Positions 1 through 10,580 are shown, counted from the first letter of the stretch. The stretch: DNA of 64,000 nucleotides from Nitrososphaerota archaeon (GCA_041641295.1 JBEPYO010000001.1:224001-288000), one strand, 5' to 3'. Notes: generated by a model from the letters alone, not told the origin. Translations and numbers: made by a program.

Positions 1-1
1 C

Positions 2-148
2 GTCTCGATGATAGTGGAGCAGACTAAGCAGCTGCGGGAGGAGGTCAAACCGTCTGCACGCCAAGCGCCGATGAAGAACTACATAGCCCTCACACACAAC
101 GTAGGCGGGACCGGCCACTACTGCTATGTAACCATCCTTAAGAGGTGA
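2..148 (+). CDS. Thiolase (SCP-x/archaeal acetyl-CoA acetyltransferase family), 3' end, truncated by the window edge
   Basis: Manual translation [14 protein letters not shown]...[21 protein letters not shown] has the C-terminal HNxGG thiolase motif; directly followed by a DUF35 gene, the usual partner. Confidence 0.85.
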   Translation, partial: VSMIVEQTKQLREEVKPSARQAPMKNYIALTHNVGGTGHYCYVTILKR

Positions 149-155
149 GTGGGAC

Positions 156-596
156 ATGTCTGGGCTTCCTGTAATAAAATCTCGCAAACTCGAGATAACA
201 TACAACATTCCCATAAGCAAGACCGTCCGATTTTGGGAGGGTTTGAAGGAGGGTAAGATCTTGGCGACGAAGTGTAGGAATTGTGGTAAGCTACACTTCC
301 CACCCGCTGCGGACTGCGGCCAGTGTCTTTCCTCTGATATGGAGTGGGTCGAGCTGAGCGGTGAAGGAAAGCTTATCACCTATACCCACGTTATAGTTAG
401 GCCAAAGAGTTTCCAAGAAGAGCAGCCCTACACGGTCGCTATAGCCGAGCTCAAAGAGGGGGTAAAGGTGCTTGCTTGGCTCACCGATGTGAAGAGGAAG
501 GACATCAAGATTGGTATGGAGTTAAAAATGGTCCCGAAACAACTATCAGACGGAAGAATAGCTTACGTCTTTAAGCCATTGACGACAAGCGCGTAG
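156..596 (+). CDS. DUF35 family Zn-ribbon/OB-fold protein (thiolase-associated acyl-CoA-binding scaffold)
   Basis: FWEGLKEGKI, CxxCG...FPP...CxxC, then OB-fold PYTVAIAEL; GAGGTGA RBS upstream. Confidence 0.92.
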   Translation: MSGLPVIKSRKLEITYNIPISKTVRFWEGLKEGKILATKCRNCGKLHFPPAADCGQCLSSDMEWVELSGEGKLITYTHVIVRPKSFQEEQPYTVAIAELKEGVKVLAWLTDVKRKDIKIGMELKMVPKQLSDGRIAYVFKPLTTSA

Positions 597-659
597 TGGG
601 GGCTTTCAGACTAATACGTATATATCTGTACGCATTTCTTTTTATTGTGGTGAACATTA

Positions 660-1850
660 TTGTCGCATGAGATTAGGAAAGTAGCAGTTGTTGGCGCCGG
701 GATGATGGGGCACGGCATCGCACAGGTTTTCGCTATGAGAGGATATGAAGTGAATCTGCTCGACATTAGCGAGGATATTTTGAAGAAGGCGATGCAGAGC
801 ATAGAGTGGAGCCTTGGGAAGTTTGTCGAGAAAAAGAGGATTAGGAAGGAAGATGCAGATGCCGCACTGTCGAGGATCAGGCCCACCGTCTCTTATGAGA
901 CGGGTGTAGGTGATGTTGACCTAGTCATCGAGGCTGTTCCTGAGAAGATGGATTTGAAGAAGAAGATATTCAGTACAGTGGACAAGATTGCGCCCTCGCA
1001 TGCGATTCTAGTATCCAACACCTCCACCCTCAGTATCAGTGAGATGGGTGAGGCTACTGGCAGGCCTGACAAGGTCGCTGGAATGCATTGGTTTAACCCG
1101 CCACAGCTCATGAACCTCATCGAGGTGATTAAGGGCGACAAGACTAGCCAAGAAACCGTCGATAAGATAATTGCCCTGAGTAGGGCGCTGGGTAAGACGC
1201 CCATCCTGTGTAAGAAGGATGCGCGTGGGTTCATTGTAAACAGGGTCCTAGGCCAAGTCTTCAATGAGGCTTTCTGGGCCTATCACAGAGGCGAGGCAAG
1301 CATTGAAGGGATAGACGCCTCGATAAAGTATACTGGCGGGTTCCCTATGGGCTGGTTTGAGCTCTGCGACTTCGTGGGGCTGGACATCGCATACGAGGTT
1401 GGAAATGTGCTTTACCAAGCATACGGTGAGAGGTTTAAACCCTGCCCAGAGGTTATTGAGCCCCTCATCAAGCAGGGGAAACTAGGCCAGAAGACAGGTG
1501 GAGGGTTTTACGACTGGTCGAAGGGTAGACCCCGCATCCGCTTTGAGTTCTCTGACGAATATGACGTGGAGAGGTCTTGGGCTGTTGCTATTAATGAGGC
1601 GGCCTGGCTTGTCCACGAAGATGTAGCCGATCCCGAGAGCATCGACACGGGAATGAAGCTGGGGACAGGGTGGCCTATGGGGCCTTGCGAGTATGCTGAC
1701 AAAAAGGGTATAGATTTGGTGGTTCAGAAACTGGAGGAGCTCTACAAGAAATTTGGAATGGAAATGTATTCGCCCTGCCCCCTCCTAAAGGAATATCTAT
1801 CCAAAGGGTGGCTGGGAAAGAAAACAGGTAGAGGATTCTACCAGTACTGA
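660..1850 (+). CDS. 3-hydroxyacyl-CoA dehydrogenase with duplicated C-terminal domain
   Basis: GAGMMGHGIA NAD motif, EAVPE, SNTS, GMHWFNPP, GFIVNR, two PMG / GxKTGxGFY repeats. Confidence 0.93.
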   Translation: MSHEIRKVAVVGAGMMGHGIAQVFAMRGYEVNLLDISEDILKKAMQSIEWSLGKFVEKKRIRKEDADAALSRIRPTVSYETGVGDVDLVIEAVPEKMDLKKKIFSTVDKIAPSHAILVSNTSTLSISEMGEATGRPDKVAGMHWFNPPQLMNLIEVIKGDKTSQETVDKIIALSRALGKTPILCKKDARGFIVNRVLGQVFNEAFWAYHRGEASIEGIDASIKYTGGFPMGWFELCDFVGLDIAYEVGNVLYQAYGERFKPCPEVIEPLIKQGKLGQKTGGGFYDWSKGRPRIRFEFSDEYDVERSWAVAINEAAWLVHEDVADPESIDTGMKLGTGWPMGPCEYADKKGIDLVVQKLEELYKKFGMEMYSPCPLLKEYLSKGWLGKKTGRGFYQY

Positions 1851-1867
1851 GCAGCTAGGACAGCCCA

Positions 1868-2848
1868 TTATTTCATGCCCTTTATTTCCTTAATCTTTTT
1901 TATTAGAGCGGGTATTATCTTAAAGAGGTCGTCGACCACGCCGTAGTGGGCTATGTTGAAAATGGGCGCGTTGGGGTCCTTGTTTACTGCGATTATTAGC
2001 TGGGAATTCATCATGCCCATAATGTGTTGGAATGCTCCGCTTATGCCGAGTGCCATGTAGAGCTTGGGCTTGACGGTCTTTCCCGAGGAGCCTACCTGCC
2101 TGTCAGGTGGGAGCCAGCCCTTATCCACGATCGGCCTAGAGCATGCGACAACGCCACCGAGCAGCTTGGCCAGTTCCTCCGCGAGCGGAATGTTTGTCTT
2201 CTCGCCTATCCCACGTCCTATGGCCACTATGATGTCTGCAGACTCTATAGAGACTCCAGACTCGGTGGGTGCGACAAGCCCCTTAACCCTCTTCCTCGCC
2301 TCGCCACCCAGCTCCGGCGGAGCCAACCTCACGACAACACCTTTGCCAGCAGCCTTGCTTGGATGGAAGGAGCCCGGCCTCACGGTCAGGATGTAGCCGT
2401 CGGCCTCTCTGGCACTGACCCTGGCGTTAAGCTTTCCTCCATACATCTGGCGTGTTGCATAGAGTCGCCCATCCAAGAACTCCACGTCGATACAGTCTGT
2501 TATCAGTGGGAATCCCAGCTCTACAGCTAGCCTAGGGGCGAGGTCTATTCCCAAAGAGGTGTGCCCCATTACTAAGACCCTAGGACTCCTCTCCCTGACT
2601 ATGTGGGATATAACCCGTTGATAGTTCTCGGAGTTGTATTGTGCGAGCCTCTCATCCTCTGTCAGTAGCACCGTGTCGCAGTACTCAGATAGCTGTTCGG
2701 CGAGCTTTTCAACCACTGAGCCTAAGACAAGCGCCGCTAAGTTCAATCCCATCTTATCGGCAAGCTTTCTCCCCGCTGCAAGCGCCTCCAGCGTTATCTC
2801 GCGGACCTCACCACCCCTCTGCTCCGCCAGAACTACAACCTCTCCCAA
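1868..2848 (-). CDS. etfA: Electron transfer flavoprotein alpha subunit
   Basis: QVGSSGKTVKPKLY..GISGAFQH..GM..S..IIAVNKDPNAPIF FAD-binding signature. Confidence 0.96.
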   Translation of the reverse strand: MGEVVVLAEQRGGEVREITLEALAAGRKLADKMGLNLAALVLGSVVEKLAEQLSEYCDTVLLTEDERLAQYNSENYQRVISHIVRERSPRVLVMGHTSLGIDLAPRLAVELGFPLITDCIDVEFLDGRLYATRQMYGGKLNARVSAREADGYILTVRPGSFHPSKAAGKGVVVRLAPPELGGEARKRVKGLVAPTESGVSIESADIIVAIGRGIGEKTNIPLAEELAKLLGGVVACSRPIVDKGWLPPDRQVGSSGKTVKPKLYMALGISGAFQHIMGMMNSQLIIAVNKDPNAPIFNIAHYGVVDDLFKIIPALIKKIKEIKGMK

Positions 2849-3631
2849 TTAAAGCAACCCCCTCCTCTTCAAAAGCTCGACGATCTTTGTGGCGACCTCC
2901 TCTGGGCTCCCCCCAACAAACTCGACCCGCCTCTCAACCCGCGGAGCATATAGCTCTTCAACCCTTATCCAAGGCTCTCCCACCTCCTCTGAACTCAGGC
3001 CAAGATCGTCGAGAGACATGACCTTGATCTCCCTCCTCATAGCCATTCTAATCCCGAGCACCGAGACATACCTCAGCTCGACGATGCCTGACTGAACCGT
3101 GATCACCGCCGGCATGTCAAGCTCCACAATCTCCTCAACCCCACCCTCCAACTCTCTATTGACTATGACACGGCCATCCACTATCTCGATCTTCTTCGCT
3201 AGGGTGGCGTGTGGAAGGTTGAGGTGCTGCGCAATGGCTGGCCCTGTTATTGCGTAGCCATCGTCGTTTGCCTGGACCCCCGTAAGTATCAGGTCGAAGG
3301 ACATCTTCCTTGCGGCTGCTGAGAGGACTTTAGCAACCGTGAATGGATCATTGACGTTTAGTCTGGTGTCTCCTATCCTGACTGCCTTGTCGGCCCCCTT
3401 GGCGAGGCACCTTCTCAAGACCCTGTCAGCTTCCTCGCCGCCGATAGACACTGCCGTCACACTTCCACCGTGCTTATCTCTCAACATGAGTGCAGCCTCC
3501 AAAGCATAGTCATCCCACTCGTTTATGTCATAGTTGAGGCCCCGCCTCTCTATGTCTCTCCCACTGCTATCGACCTTCAGCTCCGTAGAGGACACGTCGG
3601 GAACGTACTTCACACACACTATAATATCCAA
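2849..3631 (-). CDS. etfB: Electron transfer flavoprotein beta subunit (probable TTG start at 3631; ORF open to 3679)
   Basis: IIVCVKYVPD, INEWDDYALEAAL, LAKGADKA, RELEGG; abuts etfA. Confidence 0.95.
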   Translation of the reverse strand: MDIIVCVKYVPDVSSTELKVDSSGRDIERRGLNYDINEWDDYALEAALMLRDKHGGSVTAVSIGGEEADRVLRRCLAKGADKAVRIGDTRLNVNDPFTVAKVLSAAARKMSFDLILTGVQANDDGYAITGPAIAQHLNLPHATLAKKIEIVDGRVIVNRELEGGVEEIVELDMPAVITVQSGIVELRYVSVLGIRMAMRREIKVMSLDDLGLSSEEVGEPWIRVEELYAPRVERRVEFVGGSPEEVATKIVELLKRRGLL

Positions 3632-3708
3632 AGCGAGCCACAACCCCGGCACGGCCACTATCCGTGCCGACAGACCCATACATTTCCAACCGATATAAAC
3701 TTTAGATG

Positions 3709-4791
3709 CTATTCCGTCGAAACCGTGACTCCCATGGCTTCGAGCTTCTCGAGGAATGGGTTGGGGTCTATGATGGCCTCAGGGGGAAATACGCCCCTCT
3801 CCCCTATCTGGTCTTTTAGGATTAGGTGTGCGCCTAGTGCTGCGGGGGCTGTAGTGAGTTTTCTCATCCTGTTGACGGCTGCGTAGCTGACTTTCCTTCC
3901 ACCTCTTCCGACAACCACTTTTACTCCGCTCAGAGCAACGCCACCGGTCCTGAACACGTCTTCTATCTTGTTGATGAAATTCGAGAGCCTTTCAACCCTT
4001 TCCGTGGTAGACGTTAATCCTAGTTTGACGAACAGCTTCGCGAGACCGGTCTGCCACTCAGGTATCAGACATCCGCGAATGGTAACCCGCTCCGAGACCC
4101 TAAGGTGGCGGGGTATTGTTATTGGTTCAGGATGCCCTACATAGTATAGCTTCAGCTTACCGACAACTGGGAACTCAAAAGCCATCCCAGAAGAGCCAGC
4201 CTTGACCATCGTCATGTGTCCGTCAAGAAACATTGGCACCTCTCCCGTCATGGCGTGGAAAAGGTGCATGATTACCGCCAGCCCCCTTGAGTCGGCGGCT
4301 GAGCCGAACCAGCCTATATCGACGGATTCAGCCTCGCCTCCGAGCTCCTCAACCCCTCTCTTTGCCAGTATGTTGGAGAGGCCCGGCGTCCACCCAAGCC
4401 CAGTTATGTACGTCACACCATTCTTCGAGGCCTGATCTGAAAGCTTGAGGATCTGCTCAGCCGCGTCATGGTCGTCGCATAGGTCTATCCCGTTTTTGCC
4501 AGCAGCTATTACCGCCTCCGCAATCGCATAGCCATGTTTGTAGAAGGGGCCGACTGCGTTGACTACCACGTCATAATCCTTAACAACAGCGATCAACCCC
4601 TCCCTAGATGACGCATCCACCCTGACCACGCCAATCTCGCCCATATCCCTGAGAGATTGCGCAATATTCTGAGCCTTTGCCACGTTGATATCCCCGATAT
4701 CGACGCGAACCCCCAGTTTCACCAGCTCCTCCACCACCCCACTACCCATATCACCCGCACCACCCAGAACCAGTACTGAGCCAGTGGGCAT
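3709..4791 (-). CDS. Saccharopine dehydrogenase-like NAD(P)-dependent oxidoreductase
   Basis: VLGGAGDMG Rossmann motif, NAVGPF, GLGWTPGLSN, GHPEPIT, GVFPPEA. Confidence 0.85.
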   Translation of the reverse strand: MPTGSVLVLGGAGDMGSGVVEELVKLGVRVDIGDINVAKAQNIAQSLRDMGEIGVVRVDASSREGLIAVVKDYDVVVNAVGPFYKHGYAIAEAVIAAGKNGIDLCDDHDAAEQILKLSDQASKNGVTYITGLGWTPGLSNILAKRGVEELGGEAESVDIGWFGSAADSRGLAVIMHLFHAMTGEVPMFLDGHMTMVKAGSSGMAFEFPVVGKLKLYYVGHPEPITIPRHLRVSERVTIRGCLIPEWQTGLAKLFVKLGLTSTTERVERLSNFINKIEDVFRTGGVALSGVKVVVGRGGRKVSYAAVNRMRKLTTAPAALGAHLILKDQIGERGVFPPEAIIDPNPFLEKLEAMGVTVSTE

Positions 4792-4892
4792 TCTATAGCC
4801 ACCGAGGCTTGACTCTCTCTAGCTCTAATAAGTCTTTGTTAAGGACATTATTAATATACCTGCTAAATGTTAAATACGGGCGGGTGGGCGGT

Positions 4893-6662
4893 TTGGTAAA
4901 ACTCTCCGGTGGAGAGATACTGGTCGAGTGCCTCCTGAAGGAGGGTGTAGAGTATGTCTTTGGAATTCCGGGAGACCGGTGTATTCCATTCTATGACGCG
5001 ATCTACAGGATAGGCTCCAAGCGCGGATTGAGGTTTGTGATGACGAGGCATGAGCAAGCAGCCGCTCACATGGCGGATGCCTACTACCGTGTTACGGGGA
5101 AGGTTGCAGTATGTACCGGGACAGTCGGTCCCGGTGCGGCTGATTTAGTGCCAGGTGTCTACGCTGCATTTGCCGACAGTATACCGATGGTAATAATAAC
5201 TGCCCAGAACCAGAGTTTTAGAATCTACCCCGAGCACGGGAGTATGCAATCTCTCGACCAGCATGGGCTGTTCAAGCCAATTACAAAGTGGACCGCCGTG
5301 ATAAACCACATATCAAGGATTCCAGAGCTGGTCCAGAGAGCCTTTAGAGTCGCATTGACTGGAAGGCCGGGCCCCGTCCACCTGGACGTCCCATCTGACG
5401 TAGTATTTGGCGAGATGGATATTGAGCCGGAGAAAACCATCCATCCACCACACATGTATAGACCCACACATCCGATCCATACGGATAAGGCCCTCGTTAG
5501 GGAGGCCGCCATAATGTTAGCCCATGCCAAGCTTCCACTGATACATGCAGGTGCCGGTGTTCTTAGAAGCGGGGCATCTGAAGAGGTCAAAGCTCTGGCT
5601 GAGCTTTTGAAAGCGCCTGTCGTGACAAGCCTCTCGGGTAGGGGTGTGGTCCCTGAGGACTCTGAATATTGCTTGATACCCGGTAGTCCGGGGGCGCTTG
5701 CTGCACAGTCCATGGCTGACGTGGTGCTGCATGTGGGAGGTAAGCTGGGCGACACCGATATGTGGGGGCGGTCTCCCCCGTGGGGGGAGGTAGGGGTGCA
5801 GAGGTGGATACAGATAGATATCGACCCCGAGATGATAGGATTGAATAGGCCTGTTGACCTCGCGCTCGTCGGAGACGCCAAGGCTGTTCTCCAACAGTTG
5901 ATTGAGGAGCTGCGGGCTATGCGCATCGAGCCTGTGAGAGACCTGGCAGAGTTTAGGAGACTGACTGAGGAGTGGGAGAAGGGATTCCTCGAGATAGCGC
6001 TTAAGAGTTCCCACCCAATACATCCACTAAGAGTAGTCTACGAAGCTAGGAGATTCTTCCCCCGCGACGCAATCAGCGTAGTAGACGGTGGAAACACAGC
6101 AGTCTGGGCCCACTACCTCAACAGGATCTACGAGCCTAACACCTTCCTATGGGCAGCAGACTCGGGCCACCTCGGCTCAGGCCTCCCATACGCGATAGCA
6201 GCGAAGATCGCTAAGCCCGAAAAGCCCGTCTACCTTCTAACCGGCGACGGCGCCTTCATGCTCAATGTACAGGAGCTCGAGACGGCTGCGAGGCTCAAGG
6301 CCGAGATAGTCGCAATAGTCTTCAACGATACCCAGTGGGGCATGATAAAAGGTGCACAGAAATTATACTTCGGCTCTAGATACATCGGTGTAGACTTTTC
6401 GGACGTGCGACATGACCTTATCGCCGAGGCGATGGGCTGTGTGGGTATACGCGTTGAGAGGGCGGAGGAGCTGAGGGGTGCGCTTGAAGAGGCGGCTACT
6501 GCCGGGAAGCCCGCCGTCGTGGATGTCAGGGTTGACAGCGAGGCTAATCTAACCCCTCCGGACCTAGAGACGCTTGCTGCCATCTGGCTGGAGGGCTGCG
6601 AGCCGCCTGAGAGGGAGTATAAAGAAGAAGAGGTAGAGGCTAGGGCGCAGGCGTCGCGCTAA
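4893..6662 (+). CDS. Thiamine diphosphate-dependent enzyme (acetolactate synthase/2-hydroxyacyl-CoA lyase superfamily); probable TTG start at 4893
   Basis: RHEQAAAHMADAY catalytic Glu, GPG, GRPGPVHLD, GDGAF...N ThDP-Mg motif. Confidence 0.9.
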   Translation: MVKLSGGEILVECLLKEGVEYVFGIPGDRCIPFYDAIYRIGSKRGLRFVMTRHEQAAAHMADAYYRVTGKVAVCTGTVGPGAADLVPGVYAAFADSIPMVIITAQNQSFRIYPEHGSMQSLDQHGLFKPITKWTAVINHISRIPELVQRAFRVALTGRPGPVHLDVPSDVVFGEMDIEPEKTIHPPHMYRPTHPIHTDKALVREAAIMLAHAKLPLIHAGAGVLRSGASEEVKALAELLKAPVVTSLSGRGVVPEDSEYCLIPGSPGALAAQSMADVVLHVGGKLGDTDMWGRSPPWGEVGVQRWIQIDIDPEMIGLNRPVDLALVGDAKAVLQQLIEELRAMRIEPVRDLAEFRRLTEEWEKGFLEIALKSSHPIHPLRVVYEARRFFPRDAISVVDGGNTAVWAHYLNRIYEPNTFLWAADSGHLGSGLPYAIAAKIAKPEKPVYLLTGDGAFMLNVQELETAARLKAEIVAIVFNDTQWGMIKGAQKLYFGSRYIGVDFSDVRHDLIAEAMGCVGIRVERAEELRGALEEAATAGKPAVVDVRVDSEANLTPPDLETLAAIWLEGCEPPEREYKEEEVEARAQASR

Positions 6663-7699
6663 TACTTCACGAGGACCTTCAAGGCCTTCTTCTTCTCGAA
6701 GAGTTCAAACCCCTTGGGAACATTTTCCAAGTCGACTCTATGTGATATTATCTTGCTTGGATCGATCCTTCCGCTGGCGACTAGTCTAGTTAGCCTCTCA
6801 CCGCTCCTTATAGGGTTGCCTATTGAGAAGATGACCCTCTTCTCTGTCAGCCACAGCCCACCAACCGGAACACTGTATTCTTGGAGGTGGAAGCCGACAA
6901 CCGAGACAGTGCCCTTCTTCCTCACCATGTCAATGGCAGTGCGCAACGGCTCTACAGTCTTTCCCACAGCCTCAACTACGATGTCAGCTCCACGCCCATC
7001 AGTCAAATTCCGAACCTCTTCAGCCGGGTCCACCTCCGACGCGTTAATAGTGGTGAAGCCGAGAGACTTAGCCACCTCTAGCCTCTCTTTCACCACGTCG
7101 ATAGCTATCACTTGAGAGGCGCCGAAGGCGGCGGCACACATGCCACTCAACAATCCGATCGGCCCACATCCTAAAACAGCTACTACGTCGCCAGGCTCCA
7201 TACCGGCGTTAACAACTGCGTCATGGCCTGTGGGAAGCGCATCACTAACCATGACCAGTTTCTCATCAGGAATATTCTCCGGAGCCTTTATCATCACAGT
7301 GTCCGCATATGGAACCCTTACAAGCTCTGCGAAGGCACCGTCGAGGCTCTCACCATAGGCAGGACCCATACCGAATATATTCGTATTCTCACACTGGGTA
7401 TGCAGCTGTCTTCGACAGAACCAGCAACTTCCATCAGCAATCCAAGCAGATACTATAACCCTGTCCCCCTCCCTGAAGCGTCTGACACCACGACCCACCT
7501 TCTCCACCACACCCATGAACTCATGCCCTAAAATCCCTCCAGGCACAACTGTCAGCGCACCAGTGTAGACGTGTAAGTCTGTCCCGCAGATAGCTGCAGC
7601 GGTAGGCCTGACTAACGCGTCTTCATCCAGCTTGATGGTGGGCTCCGGAGCTTCCTCGACCCTCACGTCAAAAGGACCATACCACTTAACCGCCCGCAT
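6659..7699 (-). CDS. Zinc-dependent medium-chain alcohol dehydrogenase
   Basis: ICGTDLH, GHEFMG, D-GSCWFC...C structural Zn site, GCGPIG. Confidence 0.93.
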   Translation of the reverse strand: MRAVKWYGPFDVRVEEAPEPTIKLDEDALVRPTAAAICGTDLHVYTGALTVVPGGILGHEFMGVVEKVGRGVRRFREGDRVIVSAWIADGSCWFCRRQLHTQCENTNIFGMGPAYGESLDGAFAELVRVPYADTVMIKAPENIPDEKLVMVSDALPTGHDAVVNAGMEPGDVVAVLGCGPIGLLSGMCAAAFGASQVIAIDVVKERLEVAKSLGFTTINASEVDPAEEVRNLTDGRGADIVVEAVGKTVEPLRTAIDMVRKKGTVSVVGFHLQEYSVPVGGLWLTEKRVIFSIGNPIRSGERLTRLVASGRIDPSKIISHRVDLENVPKGFELFEKKKALKVLVKY

Positions 7700-7708
7700 A
7701 GAGACACC

Positions 7709-8143
7709 TCATGCCAAGAACTCGGTAGGAACCTTCTTGATAGCATTGACGAAGGCGGAGGAAGCCGCCGCATTAGAGAGGAGCTTGGCTACATTACCCT
7801 TTACCTTCAGCTGCCCAGTCATCACAGCCACAGTTGGGCTGAGCTTGCCCTGCGCCACCTTCTTCATCACCTCATACGAGCCCATTATCACTATGGGAGC
7901 CTCCTTCTCCTCAGCCCTCGACAACATCTCAAAACCGCGACACTTCCCATGATAGAGGTCAAGCCAGACGGCAACCTGCTCCGCCTTAAAGTGTTCTTTA
8001 ACCGGCGGCGGCAGACTAGTTATGGCCAATATGATAGGGTCCTCCCAATTCCGCGCAGCTGACTCATACTCCTTATCACTGTTCAAAATGTTCACAAAAG
8101 CCTCAATCCACTCCTTGGAACCGAAAACGTATCGGCCACTCAC
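7709..8143 (-). CDS. SCP2 sterol-carrier/lipid-transfer domain protein (probable GTG start at 8143)
   Basis: FGSKEW...LDLYHGKC...GKLSPTVAVMTGQLKVKGN SCP2 signature. Confidence 0.88.
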   Translation of the reverse strand: MSGRYVFGSKEWIEAFVNILNSDKEYESAARNWEDPIILAITSLPPPVKEHFKAEQVAVWLDLYHGKCRGFEMLSRAEEKEAPIVIMGSYEVMKKVAQGKLSPTVAVMTGQLKVKGNVAKLLSNAAASSAFVNAIKKVPTEFLA

Positions 8144-8344
8144 ACAATTAGGGTAGAGGTGATCCAAATATAAGCTTTAACCATAAAATAGATATTCTAC
8201 CCACTAATACAAACCGTCCCAAACAAAAGCATGCAAGAGAGCGATGTCAGGCAGATATTACCGAAAAACCCTCTATACACAGGTAAGCATCACCATAATC
8301 ATGTTTAAGTCCCGGGTCTTTAGAATAGGGTAGTAGGAGAATCC

Positions 8345-8884
8345 TTGTACGCGGGTCTTGATCTGTTGTACTCGTTTTTACCCTCACCCGTATCCTTTGT
8401 ACCGGTTGCTGTATTGGTCGTGGTGGCGCTGGCGCTGATCTTCATAGGTAGGAAGATAGCGAAAGCCCTCGTCTTCATTACGGGTGGTGTAGCGGTCGCC
8501 CTCATAACTGCAGCATTTCTATACCCTTACCTAGGCGGCCTACTGACCCTAGTCGCGGCGATAGTGGGCTTTGTCTTGGGCGGCCTCATAGCCATCTTCA
8601 TACTTAGGCTCGGTATCGGGATAGCCCTCGGCATACTGGGGTACAACCTAGCATCAGGGCTTGGTGCAAACATGGTCATCGGCATAGTGGTTAGCATTAT
8701 ACTATTCGTTATAGGCGTGTTACTCTCCGACAAAATCCTAGCTGTAACAACCGTCTTGTTGGGGAGCCTCCTCCTCATCCAATCACTTAACATATTGGGC
8801 GTGCCGCTACTCATCACCCTCACCTTGACAGTCCTACTTGCGGCACTGGGGCTCTACACGCAACTGCGGAGCAGTAGGAGATAG
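8345..8884 (+). CDS. Multi-pass membrane protein (DUF4203/TMEM198-like)
   Basis: About seven hydrophobic Gly-rich segments; FIGRK and TVLLGS patterns. Confidence 0.65.
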   Translation: MYAGLDLLYSFLPSPVSFVPVAVLVVVALALIFIGRKIAKALVFITGGVAVALITAAFLYPYLGGLLTLVAAIVGFVLGGLIAIFILRLGIGIALGILGYNLASGLGANMVIGIVVSIILFVIGVLLSDKILAVTTVLLGSLLLIQSLNILGVPLLITLTLTVLLAALGLYTQLRSSRR

Positions 8885-9040
8885 ATTTTCTCCTTTTAAC
8901 CATATGAGTAACACAGTAGGGTAAGCTGTTTACAAACGTGGAAGACTATCCTGTGTCATTGTTGTTGCTGTGTAAGGACGCGTATTAGAAAAAGCCAGGC
9001 TATTATCCTTACCCCCTGATCACAGCCTCTTTCAAAATTA

Positions 9041-9114
<74 letters not shown>

Positions 9115-9257
9115 ACATATTCGGTTTGGTGTCTCGTGGATTTAACGTTATGTGGGTGTTCTGGATGGTTATGTTATGGGCGTGTCTTCTCCCTGCCTTA
9201 TCGATGGGGTTCCGAGGTGGTCTTTTATATGGTGGCGTTTGTCTTCTGCATAGACGG

Positions 9258-10580
9258 TTGGTGAAGGTACCGCTAGCTCCTCCACGGGGAATGGACGACA
9301 TCCTGCCAGAGGAGATTCCCCTGCACCGGAGTCTGGTGGAGACAGTCAGACTCCTATTCAGGCTCTACGGGTACAGGGAAGTTGAGACTCCGCCGGTCGA
9401 GTACTATGAGCTCTTCGCGGTGAAGTCTGGCCAAGAGATCCTCAGCCACATGTATGTCTTCGAGGATGTGCACGGCCGCAGACTCGTCCTTAGACCCGAG
9501 ATGACTGCACCGATCGCGCGTTTGGTGGCTGGTAAGCTTAGTAGGAGCCCGCGGCCCATCAGGCTGGGCTATGTTGCAGACTGCTACAGGCTAGATGAAC
9601 CCCAGTGGGGGAGGAGGCGGAGGTTCTATCACGGGGGCTTCGAGATCTTCGGCTCAAAGGAGCCAGCAGCTGACGCCGAGTGCATGGTCATCTTTGACGA
9701 CTTCCTGAGACGGGTTGGAATCAGGGACTACTACTTCAAGGTGGGCCATGTGGGCGTCCATAGGGCAATCATGTCCGCGGCGGGCATCGAGGACGATGAC
9801 CAGGATACGATTCTAGGCCTCTTAGACAGGGGTAGGGTGGAGGAGGCGGAGGAAAGCGTCCGCAAACTGGCAAAGGACAGAGAGGCGGCAACCCTCTTTA
9901 AAGAAGTAGCCGCGCATCCAGCAGGCCCTGCAATAGAAACTATAGACGAGTTGATGGCGAAGTTATCTAAAGCTGAGCGGGCGTGTAAGGAGTTGGAGAA
10001 CCTGAGAAAGATTGTAAAATTAGCGTCACAGGTCGTCGAGCCCGCTAGAATCATATACTATCCCGGGTTTGCGCGGGGGCTTTCATACTACACCGGCTTC
10101 ATCTTCGAGGTATTTGGGCAAGGTGCCGAGATAGCGCTGGGCGGTGGGGGACGCTACGACGGCCTAGTATCGCTGATCGGTGGCCCTGAGACCCCTGGAG
10201 TTGGCTTCGCAATAGGTTTAACAAGGATCATGCAGTATCTCACGGACAGATTGATGGTTAAGCCACAGCCCGACTCTCCACTAGCCTTAGTCGCGCCTCT
10301 TGCCGAGGAGTCTATAGAGTTTGCATTCAGGGCGGCCCACGAGTTCAGGAGGGCTGGTGTGCCGACAGAGCTTGAGATGGCGGCCTACAGTCCCTCGGAG
10401 GCGATACGCAGGGCCGAGAGGCGTGGTGCGAGATTCCTCGTATTGATTGGGAGGCGTGAGGTTGAGAGCAAGACTGTGAGTGTGAGGGATTTGGAGGGGA
10501 GGTTTCAGGAGGAATGGCGAGTTGAAGAAATATATGAGCGGGCGGAGTCGCTTCTAGGCAGGACAAGGGTGGGGTCATGA
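9258..10580 (+). CDS. hisS: Histidyl-tRNA synthetase (probable start 9258/9261)
   Basis: PRGMDD, LRPEMTAPIAR, RGLSYYTG, GGGRYDGL, GFAIG, C-terminal anticodon-binding domain. Confidence 0.95.
   Translation: MVKVPLAPPRGMDDILPEEIPLHRSLVETVRLLFRLYGYREVETPPVEYYELFAVKSGQEILSHMYVFEDVHGRRLVLRPEMTAPIARLVAGKLSRSPRPIRLGYVADCYRLDEPQWGRRRRFYHGGFEIFGSKEPAADAECMVIFDDFLRRVGIRDYYFKVGHVGVHRAIMSAAGIEDDDQDTILGLLDRGRVEEAEESVRKLAKDREAATLFKEVAAHPAGPAIETIDELMAKLSKAERACKELENLRKIVKLASQVVEPARIIYYPGFARGLSYYTGFIFEVFGQGAEIALGGGGRYDGLVSLIGGPETPGVGFAIGLTRIMQYLTDRLMVKPQPDSPLALVAPLAEESIEFAFRAAHEFRRAGVPTELEMAAYSPSEAIRRAERRGARFLVLIGRREVESKTVSVRDLEGRFQEEWRVEEIYERAESLLGRTRVGS

Noticed and set aside
9126-9257. Hydrophobic N-terminal extension on HisRS resembling a signal peptide
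   Set aside because: Artefact of longest-ORF calling across the tRNA-Lys/hisS divergent promoter region; homology starts near 9258
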